Of a stretch of DNA of 64,000 bases, positions 38,400 to 51,479 are shown piece by piece. The stretch is taken from NCBI RefSeq assembly GCF_020745735.1, contig NC_083430.1:25224909-25288908 (forward strand), given 5' to 3'. The position numbers and the translations under genes are program-made. A model generated the notes under the pieces. That model did no database searches and was not told the origin of the DNA. It saw only the letters and a program-made list of their open reading frames with translations. Origin of the DNA: Hemiscyllium ocellatum. Its lineage: Eukaryota. Numbering within the stretch: position 1 is the stretch's first letter; each line of letters starts with the position of its first letter.

Positions 38400-40750
38400 C
38401 TTCCAGGATTAAGAAGGGATACAGTAAAGAAAGCTGGCCCATTGTAATGTGAGAATGGGGAGTTAAGAGTAGATTCTATATTAGAGTGGTGCTGGAACAG
38501 CACAGCAGTTCAGGCAGCATCCAAGGAGCAGGAAAATCGATGTTTCAGGCAAAAGCCCTTCATCAGGAATAGAGGCAGAGTGCCTGCAGGGTGGAGAGAT
38601 AAATGAGAGGAGGGTGAGGTTGGGGAAAAAGTAGCGAATCCTCTAGCAAGGAAGCCCTTGTTTTTACCTAGTCGATTTTAAAGCACAGCAGTTCAGGCAG
38701 CATCCAAGCAGCAGGAAAATCGCGTTTTGGGCAAAAGCCCTTCATCAGGAATAGAGGCAGAGTTGATTTTAACCCTACTGCGAATCCTCTTGCAAGGGTG
38801 CCTGCCTTGAAGAAGATTTCCTCCTCTCTCTACAAGAATCTCAGGGAGTCCCTCTCCCACTGCAACTCCCAGGTACTCTATGCTACTTTCTCCCCACCCC
38901 CACCCTCCTCTCATTTATCTCTCCACCTGTATTCCTGATGAAGGGTTTTTGCCCAAAACATCGATTTTCCTGCTCCTCGGATGCTGCCTGAACTGCTGTG
39001 CTTTTCCAGCACCACTCTAATCTAGAATCTGGTTTCCAGCATCTGCAGCCCTTGTTTTTACCAAGTTAAGAGTAGATAATAAGGACATAGTGGATGAGGC
39101 AAGCAGATATTTTAGTTCTGTCTTCACTATTGAGAACACAAAAATGTTTACAGTAATGACTCTAAGTCATGAATTGGAAGGGAGAGAGGAACTTGGTGAA
39201 ATTATATTCAGGAGGGACTAAGTGTGAAATGAACTGAGGGAGATGCAGGCTGGCAAGTCTCTGGGTCCAGATGGATTTCATCTTAGGCTCCTAATAGAGA
39301 TGGCCAATGAGGTAGTAGATGCATTGGTTTGGTTTTAACTTTCCAAAATCCAATTGGTTCAGGAAAAATTCCATTGGACTGGAAAGTAGCAAAAACAACA
39401 CCTCCATTCCTGAAGGGAATGAGGGAGGAAACTATAGACTAGTTACTTTGTCAGCTATCATGTGAAAGGAGATCATAAAAGAGTTCATGGCTGTGAACTT
39501 AGAAAAACCCAAGATAATTGGAAACAGTCAGCATGGGTTCAAAGGGAAAACATATTTAACCAATTTATTAGAGTTCTTTGGAGGAATAACAAATACTGTG
39601 GATGAAGGGAACCCTGTAGACTTACTATACAAGGATTTTCACATGGCGTTGAATAAAGTATAGGTTGCATTAAATAAAATGTCATGGTGTAGGCAGCAAC
39701 ATATGAGTATGGATTGAAGATTGGTTGTCTGGCAGGAAACAATATACATGAACAGGTCACCATCTGATTGGCAGAATGTGATTAGTGGAGTCCCTCAGGG
39801 ATCTATGCTGGGTCTTGAAAGTTTTATAATGTACATCAATGATTTAGTAAGAGAGTAAAGGCATCATAATTAAATTCACAGACTACACCAAAATAGGTAT
39901 GAAAGTATGTTGTTAATAAGAGATGGATAGACTGAACAAGTGGACAAAAATCTGGAAATGCAGCACAATATAGAAAATGTGAAACTGTTCACTTTGACAG
40001 CAAGTCAATAAAGGCAGAGTTTTATTTAAATGGAGACCAACTGCAGAATTCTGAGAAATAAAGTGATTAAGGTGTTCAGGTTTATGAGTCAGAAAAGGTT
40101 AGTATGCAGAGCATCACACAATCAAGGAGGCTAATGATGTGCTGTTCTTTATTTCAAGAGGAACTGAACATAGAAGTAAAGATGTTATGTTTTAATTATA
40201 CAGCACATTAATGAGATCAATTACAAATACTGTGTGCTTTTCTCATCTCCTTATTTAAGAAAGAATGTCAAAACATTGAGATGGTTCCAAGGAGGTTGAC
40301 TAGTTTGATATAACTGGAATGAACTCCTTGGGTTATAAGATTGATTCGTCAGGCTGGTCTTATTTCTGCTGAAGTTTAGAAGAGTGAGGAGTGACTTGAT
40401 TGCAATGTAAACAATCCTGATCATCGCGATAATGTAGATTTGGAAAGGATGTTTCCATTTGTGGATCAATCCAGAACCAAGGGGCACTGTTTTAAAATTT
40501 GGGGTTGCACTTTCAGGACAGAGATGCAGAGAACTGTTTTCTCTTAGGGTTATACAACCTCAGAAGGCAGTGGCAGTAAAGTCCAGAATATTTTAAGGCT
40601 GTGGTGGATAGATTCCTGTTAGGCAGGGAATCAAGACATTTTGGGATAGATGAGAATATGGAATTGGAAACACAACAGATTAGCCATGACTTTATTTGAT
40701 GGTGGAATAGGCTCAAAAGACTGAATAGTCTGCTTGTGTTCCTATTTCAT
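38400..40750 (+). mobile_element. Old CR1 LINE ORF2 3' half
   Basis: KSLGPDG, SQHGF, SGVPQGS and LFLLKFRRVRSDL remnants. Confidence 0.85.
38475..39063 (+). mobile_element. Complex family-B PLE insertion with three hammerhead-core copies
   Basis: Two minus arms (about 38475-38635 and 38682-38763) plus a tailed plus arm; TSD AGTTAAGAGTAGAT at 38461-38474 and 39064-39077; nested in CR1. Confidence 0.85.
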
Positions 40751-42130
40751 ACATTCACAATGGAGAGAGAACAGGAGACTGACAGTCTTGAGGCTGGGAG
40801 CTTCACCTTTAACTTCCCATACTCCACTTGGACAGGCTAATTTTCCCAGGTATTTCAAAGCCCAGGAGCCAAAGAGAGGTGTGGGAGCTGTAAGATAAAG
40901 GTAAGAGCCCTCTAGCTCTACTCGTGTATCAAAAGGAGCAGATCAAATGGAAGCTATCCCTATCACATCGTAACTCTAAGTTATTCCACACCCTTTCCTC
41001 ATTACAAACTGGAACCCCATTCTCTAATGCTAGGGAGCAGAACCTTCCCCCACATATCCTATCGCCATCAGCAACTGTAGGCTCCTTATTCACAGCTCTG
41101 GCTGATACTTGTTCCAGAAAGTTGTTTGCCCTACATATCTATGTTGGTTGATCAGGCATACTTGCAGGTAGAATCCTGTTAAACTGAGGAGGATTATAAA
41201 GAGGAGAGCCAACTCACCCCTTCTAAGCTGATCATAACAAATGGAAATGAGCATTTAGAGCCAGGAAACAGCGGGCACTCTTGGAACATGCTTCTATTAT
41301 TTTTCACATACAGACCTAGTCTCTTCCAAAATGGCTCCTGCAAATAGCAGTCACCTGAAGATAATTGTGGAGTTTTGAGTTCTTTCATGCAATCCATGGC
41401 TAGCATTTATTGTCTGTCCCTGATTGTTGTTGAAGTGAGTAGCTTGTTCAGTCATTTCAGAGACTAGTCAAGTACATTGAGATGGGTCTAGTGTCACATG
41501 TAGGGCCCAGACAGGTACAGACTGCAGATTTTCTTCACTTAAAAAAAAATTACTGAATGAGCTGGGTTCCAATTATAATTTCATGGCATCAATACTGAAA
41601 CTAGCATTCAGTTCCATATTGGTAAAAAAAATCTAGTCACTTAAGTTCCAGCAGCTGCTGTGACAGGATTTGAGCCCAAAGCATTGGGTTGGTCGTCTGG
41701 ATTACAAGTTCAGTGATAATACTATTAAATCAACATCTCCTGATGGCCAGCTGATAACTCTGTGGTTTGACAAATCTACTTGTTAATGTGAAGGGATCCC
41801 TTTCTGCCCTTGTAGGTTGTATGGTTGACATGATGAGTCAAGTTGGCATGACGATGCTGTGCACAATGCCCTAGATTCTAGGCAATGATGTCAACTGATA
41901 GTTACTTCTTGTTTGAGGCAGGTATAGATAGCTGACCAGGTGATTTGTCATATAAACCAAGTGGTGACTTGGATGTACTTTGTGGTGTAGAAACATTTTA
42001 CAATGACAAAACTAGAGAAAGAGCTGTCCTTGAGGGTCAGTGTAGAAGGAATATCCCAGCACTATGACAATGTTTTTGTATTGTCTGATGTCCCTAAATA
42101 GTTTGGTTCTAATGTCTGCCCTGTGTATGA

Positions 42131-42437
42131 TTAGATTACTTACAGTGTGGAAACAGGCCCTTCGGCCCAACAAGTCCACACCGACCCGCCGAAGCGCAAC
42201 CCACCCATACCCCTACATTTACCCTTTACCTAACACTACGGGCAATTTAGCATGGCCAATTTACCTGACCAGCACATCTTTGGACTGTGGGAGGAAACCG
42301 GAGCACCCGGAGGAAACCCATGCAGACGCGGGGAGAACGTGCAAACTCCACACAGTCAGTCGCCTGAGTCGGGAATTGAACCCGGGTCTCAGGCGCAGTG
42401 AGGCAGCAGTGCTAACCACTGTGCCACCGTGCCGCCA
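42131..42437 (-). mobile_element. HE1-type V-SINE, near full length and young
   Basis: tRNA-like head GGCACGGTGGCACAGTGGTTAGCACTGC, V-domain core, CR1-like tail; CpGs retained. Confidence 0.88.
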
Positions 42438-42601
42438 CAATGATAACCTGAGTGTTTATGATGCTTTCAGTGCATTTGCCTTTCATACCCGATCTTGAAT
42501 TTATTTTCCTCCTTTAAATTGCTGAATGCTTTAGGACACCCAATAGAATTCCTATTTGTACGTCAGTTGTGGTTGTAAAAGATTACTAAATTATTAAGAG
42601 C

Positions 42602-42809
42602 AAAATAGAGTGGTTGCTGGAAATTTGAAGTAAAAACAGAGTGTTGGAGAAACTCAGTAGGTCTGGCAAGATCTGTGGAGAGAGAAAAACAGTTAATGTT
42701 TCAAGCAGAATTTCTACTGAAGAGTCATACTGGATGTGAAATGTTAGGTCTGGTTCTGTCTACAGATGCTGCTAGAACCACTGAGTTTCGCCCGCATTTC
42801 CTGTTTTTA
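42602..42809 (-). mobile_element. Old palindromic family-D PLE-type insertion (CTGAAGA core)
   Basis: Arms aaaaacagagtgttggagaaactcagtaggtctggc / ctacagatgctgctagaaccactgagtttc; TSD-like TTATTAA(G/A)AGC at 42591 and 42810; a related solo copy lies at about 25145-25265. Confidence 0.6.
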
Positions 42810-43428
42810 TTATTAAAAGCTCATCTATGATCAACAGCATTGTCCCCAATATAAGTTGGAAATTGTCTTAACTGAAGTACAACACATTGGGAACACAGTT
42901 CCATCTATCTAGTTTCAGAACTTTAACTTATCAAAGAGAATGGCATATCATGCCCATTGTGCCAATACCACTCAATTAATGACTATGTTAGGAAAATGGC
43001 AAAGATAACAATGACTAGAAGTCCATTTTTAAATCCAGCCCAAGGGTAAAACAAATACAATTCATTGAACTCTAGAGACCCAGATCACTTATCCAATCAC
43101 TCCCAATATAATAAGTTCCTTATTCAGGCTGAATAATTAAATTTATTGTACCAATCCAAGCAGACAATATTTACCAACTAGTCCCATATTCCTCAGTCTG
43201 AGCACTGAATATGGTCAGACCAGCACATGTTATTTATCCTTTGCACATAAACTCTCAGGGACCATGTGGTAAGTTTGATGATAAGCTTAAATGATTTCAT
43301 TTTGACAAGGAAAATTCCATGAAAGAGGAGGAACAAAATTCTGAACAGGCCTTTGATAAGCAATCTGCACACATCTTAATTTAAGAACTGATATCTCCTC
43401 AGGGTTGTTTATATATTTGTTAGAAGAC

Positions 43429-43653
43429 TGACACAACTCCAAAGACGCTGGCATCCCATTTCAAGTTACCCCTTATTTACACATGCATAGGACATGACAC
43501 TGATCCAGCTTCCTCAGAGCCAGCTCTTACAGTGAACAGAACCCCAAACATTCCTGTTCATATTTGTCAACCAGGGCTCCCTGATTTGGGGCTGTTAATC
43601 CTGTCCAATCAGGAAACCCATATTTTGAGGTCCACCTCATTACAATAACTACA
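43429..43653 (-). repeat. Gypsy 3' LTR
   Basis: TG...CA ends, adjacent polypurine tract, aligns with 48621-48817. Confidence 0.8.
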
Positions 43654-44606
43654 GCCCTCCCCCTCAGTCCAAGGGATAGGCCAGTTCTTATTTTTGTAGC
43701 TACTCCTGAGGCATTTAAAAACCTAGGCATGTTCTTCCACCTCTTCCCCTGATACAGGTGACATGGTAACACACATTACCTTGCCTCTTGCACCTGGAGC
43801 ATCTCGGAAGAAATTCATCCTCTTCAAGCAGCAAAGATGTCAAGGAAGTGATATCCGCCAATTCCATGTCAGATTCCAAGATTTCTTCACTGTTTGAGGG
43901 TGAGAGAGAACCCATGGGTTCCAGAACAGTCAGAAAGACTGTTGAGGAGCCAGGCATTTTTCTCTCCCACAACCTTTGCAAGTTTGTAGCTTTCATTTGG
44001 TCCATGTGCTTGATCAGGACTGTCGCACCGACCCAAACTTAATATACTACTGGACCTGACCTCAAGTTGACCAGGCATCTTACCCATGCAGGGCCATTCC
44101 CATGGTTCCTACACCAAAGTGATGTCGCTCACTTAATGGAGTCTTGTGTCTGACGATAGTGTTCCTGTTGCCATTTCACAATCTCCCTACCCAGGTCTGG
44201 GAAGATCAGATTTAACCTGGTGCACACAGTCTTCTCCCCATTAGCAACTCTACTGAAGCTATCCCTGTGGTTACGTGAGGGGACATACTATTATTAAATA
44301 GGAACCAGAACAGTTTGGTATCTAGTGAAGCTGTAGTTTTTTTCCTTAAGCCTGCCTTCAAAGTATGGACTGCTCTTTCTGCCAGACAATTGGATAATGG
44401 ATGGTATGGAGTTGACCTTGTATGACAAATATTATTCAACTTTAGGAAATACACAAATTCCCTGCTGGTAAATGATGGCCTGTCGTCTGTGATTCTATGT
44501 ATTGTAAAAGATGCATGCAGTTTTTATATCATTGTCCACATGTTTGACAAATGAACTCTATACATGTCCAGCCACTTTGATTGGGCAACCATAATGATTA
44601 CATTGG

Positions 44607-45384
44607 GCCAAGGAGCGGAAGATGGAGTTTAATTTAGATAAATGTGAGGTATTGCATTTTTATAGGGCAAATTAGGGCAGGACTTTCACACTAATGGTCA
44701 GTTGGTGAACAAGGAGACCTTGGAATGCAGGTTTATAGTTCCTTGAATGCAGAGTTGCAGGCAGACAGTAGTGAAGAAGGCATTTGATAAAGTTGCTTTT
44801 ATCGGTCAGTGCATTGAGTATTGGAGTTGGGAGGTCATGTTGTGACCATACAGGACATTGGTTAGGCCCTGTTGAAATACTGCATTCGATTCTGGTTTCC
44901 CTGCTTTAGGTAAGATGTTGTAAAACTTGAAAGGGTTCAGAAAAGATATCCAAGGACGTTGCCGCTGAATAGGCTGGGGGTGTTTTCCCTGGAGCGTCGG
45001 AGGTTGAAAGATGACCTTAAAAAGATGTATAAAATCATGAGGGGCATAGATAGGGTGAATAGACAAGGTCTTTTCTCCAGGGTATGGGAGCCCAAAACTA
45101 GAGGAGATAGGTTTAAGCTGAGTGGGAAAGATTTAAAAGGGACCTAAGGGACAACATTTTTCATGCAGAGGATAGTGTGTGCATGGAATGAGCTGCCAGA
45201 GGAAGTGGTGGAGGCTGGTACAATTACAACATTTAAAAGACATCTGGATTGGTACATGAATAGGAAGGGTTTAGAGGGAAATGGGCCAAATGCTGGCAAA
45301 TTTAATTAATTTAGAATATCTTATCGGCATGGATGTGTTGGACCAAAGGTCTGTTTTTATGCTGTGTATCCCTATGAATCTATG
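44607..45384 (+). mobile_element. CR1 3' fragment nested in Gypsy integrase
   Basis: FSLERRRLKDDL ORF; CTATGA tail; ACATTG flanking repeat. Confidence 0.88.
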
Positions 45385-45629
45385 ACATTGAGTCCATGAA
45401 AGGTCTTGCATAGTTGACACAATCAAGTTTAGAGTTTTCCTGGCCATTCCCATAAATGTTGGGGAGCTGTTGGTGGTCATTTTTGTTCTTATTGGCACTC
45501 AGGGCACTGTCCCACTAACACAGCTATGCCCGCAACCAATCCTGGCCACCAGATATAACTTCTTGCCAACACCTTCATTTTGGAACCTCTGGAAGAGTTC
45601 ATCCAGTAACTGGCAATGACCTTTGTTCA

Positions 45630-45758
45630 TTATTCCTGATGAAGGGCTTTTGCCCGAAACGTCGATTTTACTGCTCCTCGGATACTGCCTGAACTGCTGT
45701 GCTCTTCCAGCACCACTAATCCAGAATCTGGTTTCCAGCATCTGCAGTCATTGTTTTT
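45630..45758 (+). mobile_element. Short family-B PLE 3' end with intact hammerhead core (45632-45667), nested in Gypsy pol
   Basis: CTGATGAAGGGCTTTTGCCCGAAACGTC; TSD ACCTTTGTTCA at 45619-45629 and 45759-45769. Confidence 0.85.
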
Positions 45759-48620
45759 ACCTTTGTTCAGGACAATCAATTCTTGCTCTCCATAATAATA
45801 TGCCATCCTGTAATGGAATCTTCTCCCTGGGTCTAAAGAGTTTAATTCAGGTTATGATGGCCCTTTGCTTTTGCCCATCACCATCAGCTGATTCAGTTTC
45901 ACCAGGACTGGATCTTTCTGCATCCAAAGTCTGATGTTGTCAGGTTTGTCTGGAAAATCTAAAACCATTATGGACTCTTTCAGCTGTAGTACCACTGGTG
46001 GTATATCTGTCAGTGGATGGTGGCATCCACATATGCCGTTTCGCCTCTTGGACAGTGTTCCAACTTGTAATTATACGCACTTAGTATTAGAGCCCAATAC
46101 TGAAGCCAGCCTGAAACTGTGGGTGACACTGCCTTATCCTTCTTAACTAAACCCAGCCGGTGTTTGCAGTCTGTTATTATTACAAATTTACAGCCACAAA
46201 TGTATTGGTGGAACTTCCTGACTCCAAATATGACCAACAAACTTTCCTTATCTACCTAGGTGTATTTATGCTCTATCAGCCGAAATCCTGGCAGCTTTCA
46301 CTATTGGGTGTTTCTCTCCATTGGGCCACCCATGAGTTAATACTACCCTGATGGCATACAGGGAGGCATCACAGTCAATACTAGATCTTGCTTGAGATCA
46401 TACTGTGCTGACACCTCAGAGGGTGATAGCTGTTTCTTCACTTCCCTGAAAGCGATGACTTGACTATGTGACCATTTCCAAGGCTGATCCCTTGTTAAGA
46501 GCTGATGCAAAAGGTGCTAGAATGGAGGTCAGGTTATGCTTGAACTTTCTGTCAAAGTTTACCCACCCAAGAAAAGACCCAAGCTCTGGTACAGACATGA
46601 GAATGTCAGGACAGCTTTGATCACCCTCATTTTAACTTCCAATGGATGTAACTCAAACCTGTCAACTCTGTAGCTCAACTGCATCACTCGGGTTGCTTGA
46701 ACACACATTTTTCCATTCTAAGGCATATGCCTGCCTGGGAGAAATGTGTAAGCACTATGTCCAACTTCTCTAAGTGCTCCTTACTGGTGTTCCCTGTTAT
46801 TAGCACATCTAGATAAATGGCAACCTTAGGTAGATATTGTAAAATGTTCTCAATCTTCTGCTGAAAAATTGCACAAGCCAGTGATACCCCAAATTTCAGT
46901 CTTGTATATTGATACAAACTCTTAAGGATATAAATTGTAGCATACTTCTGGGAATCCTCATCTAACCTTAAGTGCTCGTGTCCACATTCGTGAAGGGCAT
47001 ACCTCCTGCCAGGTTGCATATAAATCCTCCATGTGAAGGATTGGGTATTTATTCAGCTGCAATAAGCTCTTTACCATTTGTTTAAAATCCCCACAAAGGT
47101 TAACCAGCCCGTTGAGCTTCATAGTCAGTATGACTGATGCTGCCCATTCCACAAACTGCACTGGTTTGATTATTACTTTATTTTCCAGCCTTTTCATTTT
47201 TGCCTCTATTTTTGCCCATAAGGCAAATGGCACTGGGTTTGACCTTGCAGAATCATGGAATTGCTTCCTGGTAAATATGCAAGGCGGCCTTGGCTCCTTT
47301 GATAGTCCCTGGACCATCCTGAAAATCACCCAGTATTAGGACTTCACTCAGGCAGCCATTTTCTAATGGAAAAATATCGAGCCAATCTAAGTGAATCTTC
47401 CTTAACCAGTTTTGTCCCATCAAACTTGGGCTGGACCCTTTTACTTCAATCAGTCGCAACAGAATTAGTTGCTTCGCCTAAGAGACCGTAACCGAAGGTG
47501 TAATCTTAATCTGTAAATGTTCCTCAGTATAGGCTCTCAGTCTAGCCGAGGTCTTGTGTAAACTTAAGGTTTGGAGTCTTAACAAATATGGTTAAAGGCT
47601 GGTTCTGCGATCACTGAAATGACCATGACAGTATTGACTTCCATTAGAACTGGGTGACCTATTTAATCAGGCAGTTATTTTGGTTGGTTCTGATTTGGAT
47701 GTTGCTAAGCAATTCAACTCTCCAAACCAGATGTAGGTGGACTTTCCAGGGTGTGCACTCTGCTGGATACTGGCCTATGAGCTCTCTTACTCCATTTAGG
47801 CTGAGTGGGACACTTTGCTGTCTCAAGTCCACATACGGGCAGTAACGGCAATAGCCTGCCAGGCCAGACCCTGAAGAAAATGTTAATGTTTGACTGAGAC
47901 TTGGCTTTGGTTTGGAGTTTTGCTGTGGGCTGACCTAGTGTCCCTCTGTTCAGGATATGACCTGAGTGAGGCTGTGTAATTGCCTTCACTGAAGTGGTGT
48001 TCCCCCCAAGCTCAGTCAGATGGTGAGGCTGTCCACTTCCATCAGAATACCCTGCAACTCATACTCCACCTCCCACACTTTCTAATGATAAAGCCAGTGC
48101 CTGTTTGAAGTCCAGGTGGGCTTCAGCTAGTAGGCACGTTTGCAATTATCCCATATACCAAACGGTCTCTCAGCATCTCATTCATGGTTAACCCAAAATC
48201 AACGCCTGTCAGTCATCTGAACCTTTTCAAAAATCCCAATACAGATTCCCCTGGTTCTCAAATTGCATTTCAATCAATAATATTTCAGAATTACAGGAGG
48301 TTTGGTGTTGTAATATTCTTTAATTCTGTCAAATCTTGAAATGTCTTATATCTGGTGCCTCAAGGAAAGTTAGGCTCCTAATAACTGAAAAACCGCAGGC
48401 CCACTAGCTGTGAGGAGAATTACTCATTGCCTTCCATTTGCCCCAGTGTTTTTTGCCTGGGGAAAAAGCAATCTTTCCATATACTGGGCCAATCTTCAGT
48501 GGCAAGGTCAATCAAGTCAAGCTTCCCAAATAACAGCGTGATGCCAGAAATGAGAACCTTAACTCAAAGATGATTGTAAAAAGGCATGTCTTAAAGAGCA
48601 TGCTTTTCTCTCCTCACCAC

Positions 48621-48817
48621 TGAAATAACTGTACAGAGACCAGCATTCCATCACCAAGTCATCCCAAACTTACACATGGAGCATCTTTGACACTGATCCT
48701 GCCTCCTCAGAGTCAACTCTCAGAGTGAGCAGAACCTGTGGCACTCCTGTTTATATCTGTCAGACAAGGCTCCCTGATTGAATCAGATTAACAGCCCCAA
48801 TCAGGGAACTCATATTC
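48621..48817 (-). repeat. Gypsy 5' LTR, outer end lost at the SINE insertion
   Basis: Homologous to 43429-43625; adjacent PBS-like GTGGTGAGGA on the minus strand. Confidence 0.75.
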
Positions 48818-49245
48818 CCCCTGACTAACACACCTAACACTACAGGCAATTTAGCATGGCCAATTCACCTGACCTGCACTTCTTTGGATTGTGGGAGGAA
48901 ACCGGAGTACCCGGAGGAAACCCACGCAAACGCGGGGAGAACGTGCAAACTCCACACAGACAGTTGCCCAAGACAGGAATTGAACCCAGGCCCCGGGCAC
49001 TGTGAGGCAGCAGTGTTAACCACTGAGCCACCATGTCTGTGTGGGTTTCCTCCAGGTGTTCCGGTTTCCTCCCACAGTCCAAAGATGTGCAGGTTAGGTG
49101 AATTGGCCATGCTAAATTGCTTGTAGTGTTAGGTGTGTTAATCAGGGGTAAATATAAGGGAATGGGCCTGGGTGGGTTGCTCTTCGGAGGGTCGATGTGG
49201 ACTTGTTGGGCTGAAGGGCCTGTTTCCACACTGTAGAGAATCTAA
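48818..49245. mobile_element. Head-to-head inverted HE1 SINE composite
   Basis: Minus arm 48818-49033 (head, no tail) joined to plus arm 49034-49245 (tail, no head), with overlapping core. Confidence 0.85.
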
Positions 49246-50546
49246 TACAATATATGTGTTTAAAAATTGCACAATACCAAGGAAAATCATTTCCGCCAAA
49301 CTTTCCTGATGTGGAGTCACCTGTACTTGGTTTCATTTACATTCATTGGTCATGCTTCCAGAAAACAGAACATTTAGATACTATACAATAATGTCTTTAA
49401 AAAAGATCAGAAGATGAAAGAACTCCACTGGGGTTTGTAAACAGAAAAATGGGGATTTATACAATCAAGCAACTGTTTTCTTCTTGCATGCATTGATTTA
49501 GATGTTATTATAACAGAAAACTTAATTCCATACATTCCATTTTTGGGCAGTCTGATAATTCATGTATAAATAAGTTCAAAATTCACAAAACATCCCCTCT
49601 GATTACCAAACAATTTGATGCTCATCACAAAATGGTTATTGTGCTATTTTCAGAATCTGCAGAAGAATGCAACAGAAGCAGGTGCAGCCTCATCAAGTGC
49701 GAACAGAGACACCAAGGTGTAACACTACTATTATGCATAATTACAGACATTCCACCCAACGTGCACTCACCTCTCAGGTAAACCAAATGGAAATGTTTTC
49801 CAAGCTGCTACAGCAAAAGTATTTAAAAGGACAACTAATTTGGAGGTAACTCAATAAGAAGATCTTTCTTTCTTTTTCTTTACTCTGGGGACGCGAGTAT
49901 TGCTGGCTGACCAGCATTTATTCCCCTTTCCTAGTTCCCCTTGAGAAGGTGGTGGTAACCTACCTTCTTGAACCGTTGCACTCCAATCACTTTATGTTCA
50001 CATAGCAATTTGGTTGACCTTTAACTGTCTCCTGGGTAATTAAGGGTGATGAATAAATGCTGGGCTCAGTTGGTTATGCTCTCATCTAAACAATGAATAA
50101 AAGAAAGTAGGAGATTCAAGATTTTGCACCAGGAGTGGTAAGGACAATGGCTGGGTAGAGTTTGACTTGCATCGTCGGCTTAATGCAAAACTAATAGCTG
50201 ACTCTTGTGGTTGATCTCAGGATTCAATGACAGCCCAAAATCTGAAACAGCAATGTCTTTCATCATGCCAGGTTCAATGCTACAGAGAACATCCTACAAA
50301 TAATTCACTTCAGGTGGGCAGATTATATCATGATCGCAAATATGGGCCAAATGCTGGCAAATGGGACAGATCTTCAGTTATTTCACAGCAAACCACATCT
50401 TGGTGGACAGGAGAAATAAAGAACAAGAGATACTAAGATACCCTAAAACTGTTCCTTAAAAACCTCTGGTGCAAAGATAGTCTCCCTTGAGGAAATTCTA
50501 CTTCCAACCAGCACAAATTGAGGCAAGTACTAGAGTTTGGTTTAAC

Positions 50547-51457
50547 ATGATTTAAGGACCATTGATATTGCCAAACTGGCAATGTCGGTGGAGTAGTGGA
50601 CAGTTTAGAATAATGCTACAGGTTGCAGGGGAACTTGGATAAACTGCAGAATTAGACTGAGACATGACAAATGGAGTTCAATGCAGCTAAATGTGAGGTA
50701 ATGCACTTTGGGAAGATTGACAGGAAGGCAGAGTATTGGGTCAATGGAAAAATTGTTGGTAGTGTGGATGTGCAGAGGGATCTTGGAGTCCATGTACATG
50801 GATCCCTGAAAGTTGCCACCCAGGTGGATAGTGCTGTTAAGAAGGCATACAGTGTGTTAGGTTTCATTGGTAGAGGGATTGAGTTCCGGAGCCGCAATAT
50901 CATGCTGCAACTATACAAAATGTTGGTGCAGCCACATTTGGAATATTGTGTACAGTTCTGGTCGCCATATTTCGGGAAGAATGTGGAAGCATTGGAAAAG
51001 ATGCAAAGGAGATTTACCAGGATGTTGCCTGACCTGGAGGGAAGGTCTTATGAGGAAAGGCCGAGAGACTTGAATCTGTTCTCATTGGAAAGAAGAAGGC
51101 TAAGAGGGGATTTGATAGATACATACAAGATGATCTAAGGATTAGATAGGGTAGACTGTGAAAGTCTTTTTCCTAGGATGATGTTAGCTTGTACAAGAGG
51201 GCATAACTACAAATTGAGGGGTGATAGATTTAAGACAGATGTCAGAGGCAGGTTCTTTACTCAGAGTGGTAAGGGCGTGGAATGCCCTACCTGCCAATGT
51301 AGTTAACTCAGCCACATTAGGGAGTTTTAAACAATCCATGGATAAGCACATGGATGATGATGGGATAGTGTAGGGGGATGAGCTGAGAATAGTTCACAGG
51401 TCGGCACAACATTGAGGGCCAAAGGGCCTGTTCTGCGTTGTGTTGTTCTATGTTCTA
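50547..51457 (+). mobile_element. CR1/HER1-like LINE 3' fragment, young
   Basis: ORF MEFNAAKCEVMHFG...[10 protein letters not shown]...LERRRLRGDL; (TGTTCTA)n tail. Confidence 0.93.
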
Positions 51458-51479
51458 GATCTGCAATGCCATTAGAGAT

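Larger units (their letters stand above)
43429..48817 (-). mobile_element. Decayed Ty3/Gypsy LTR retrotransposon (gag-pol)
   Basis: RT (LCGDFK, YLD-VLITG), RNase H (FGVRKFHQYI), integrase (PYHPLSNCLAERAV); PPT next to 43653; PBS-like site next to 48621; many stops and frameshifts. Confidence 0.92.

Noticed and set aside
42330-42437. tRNA gene
   Set aside because: A/B boxes belong to the SINE head and continue into the V-domain.
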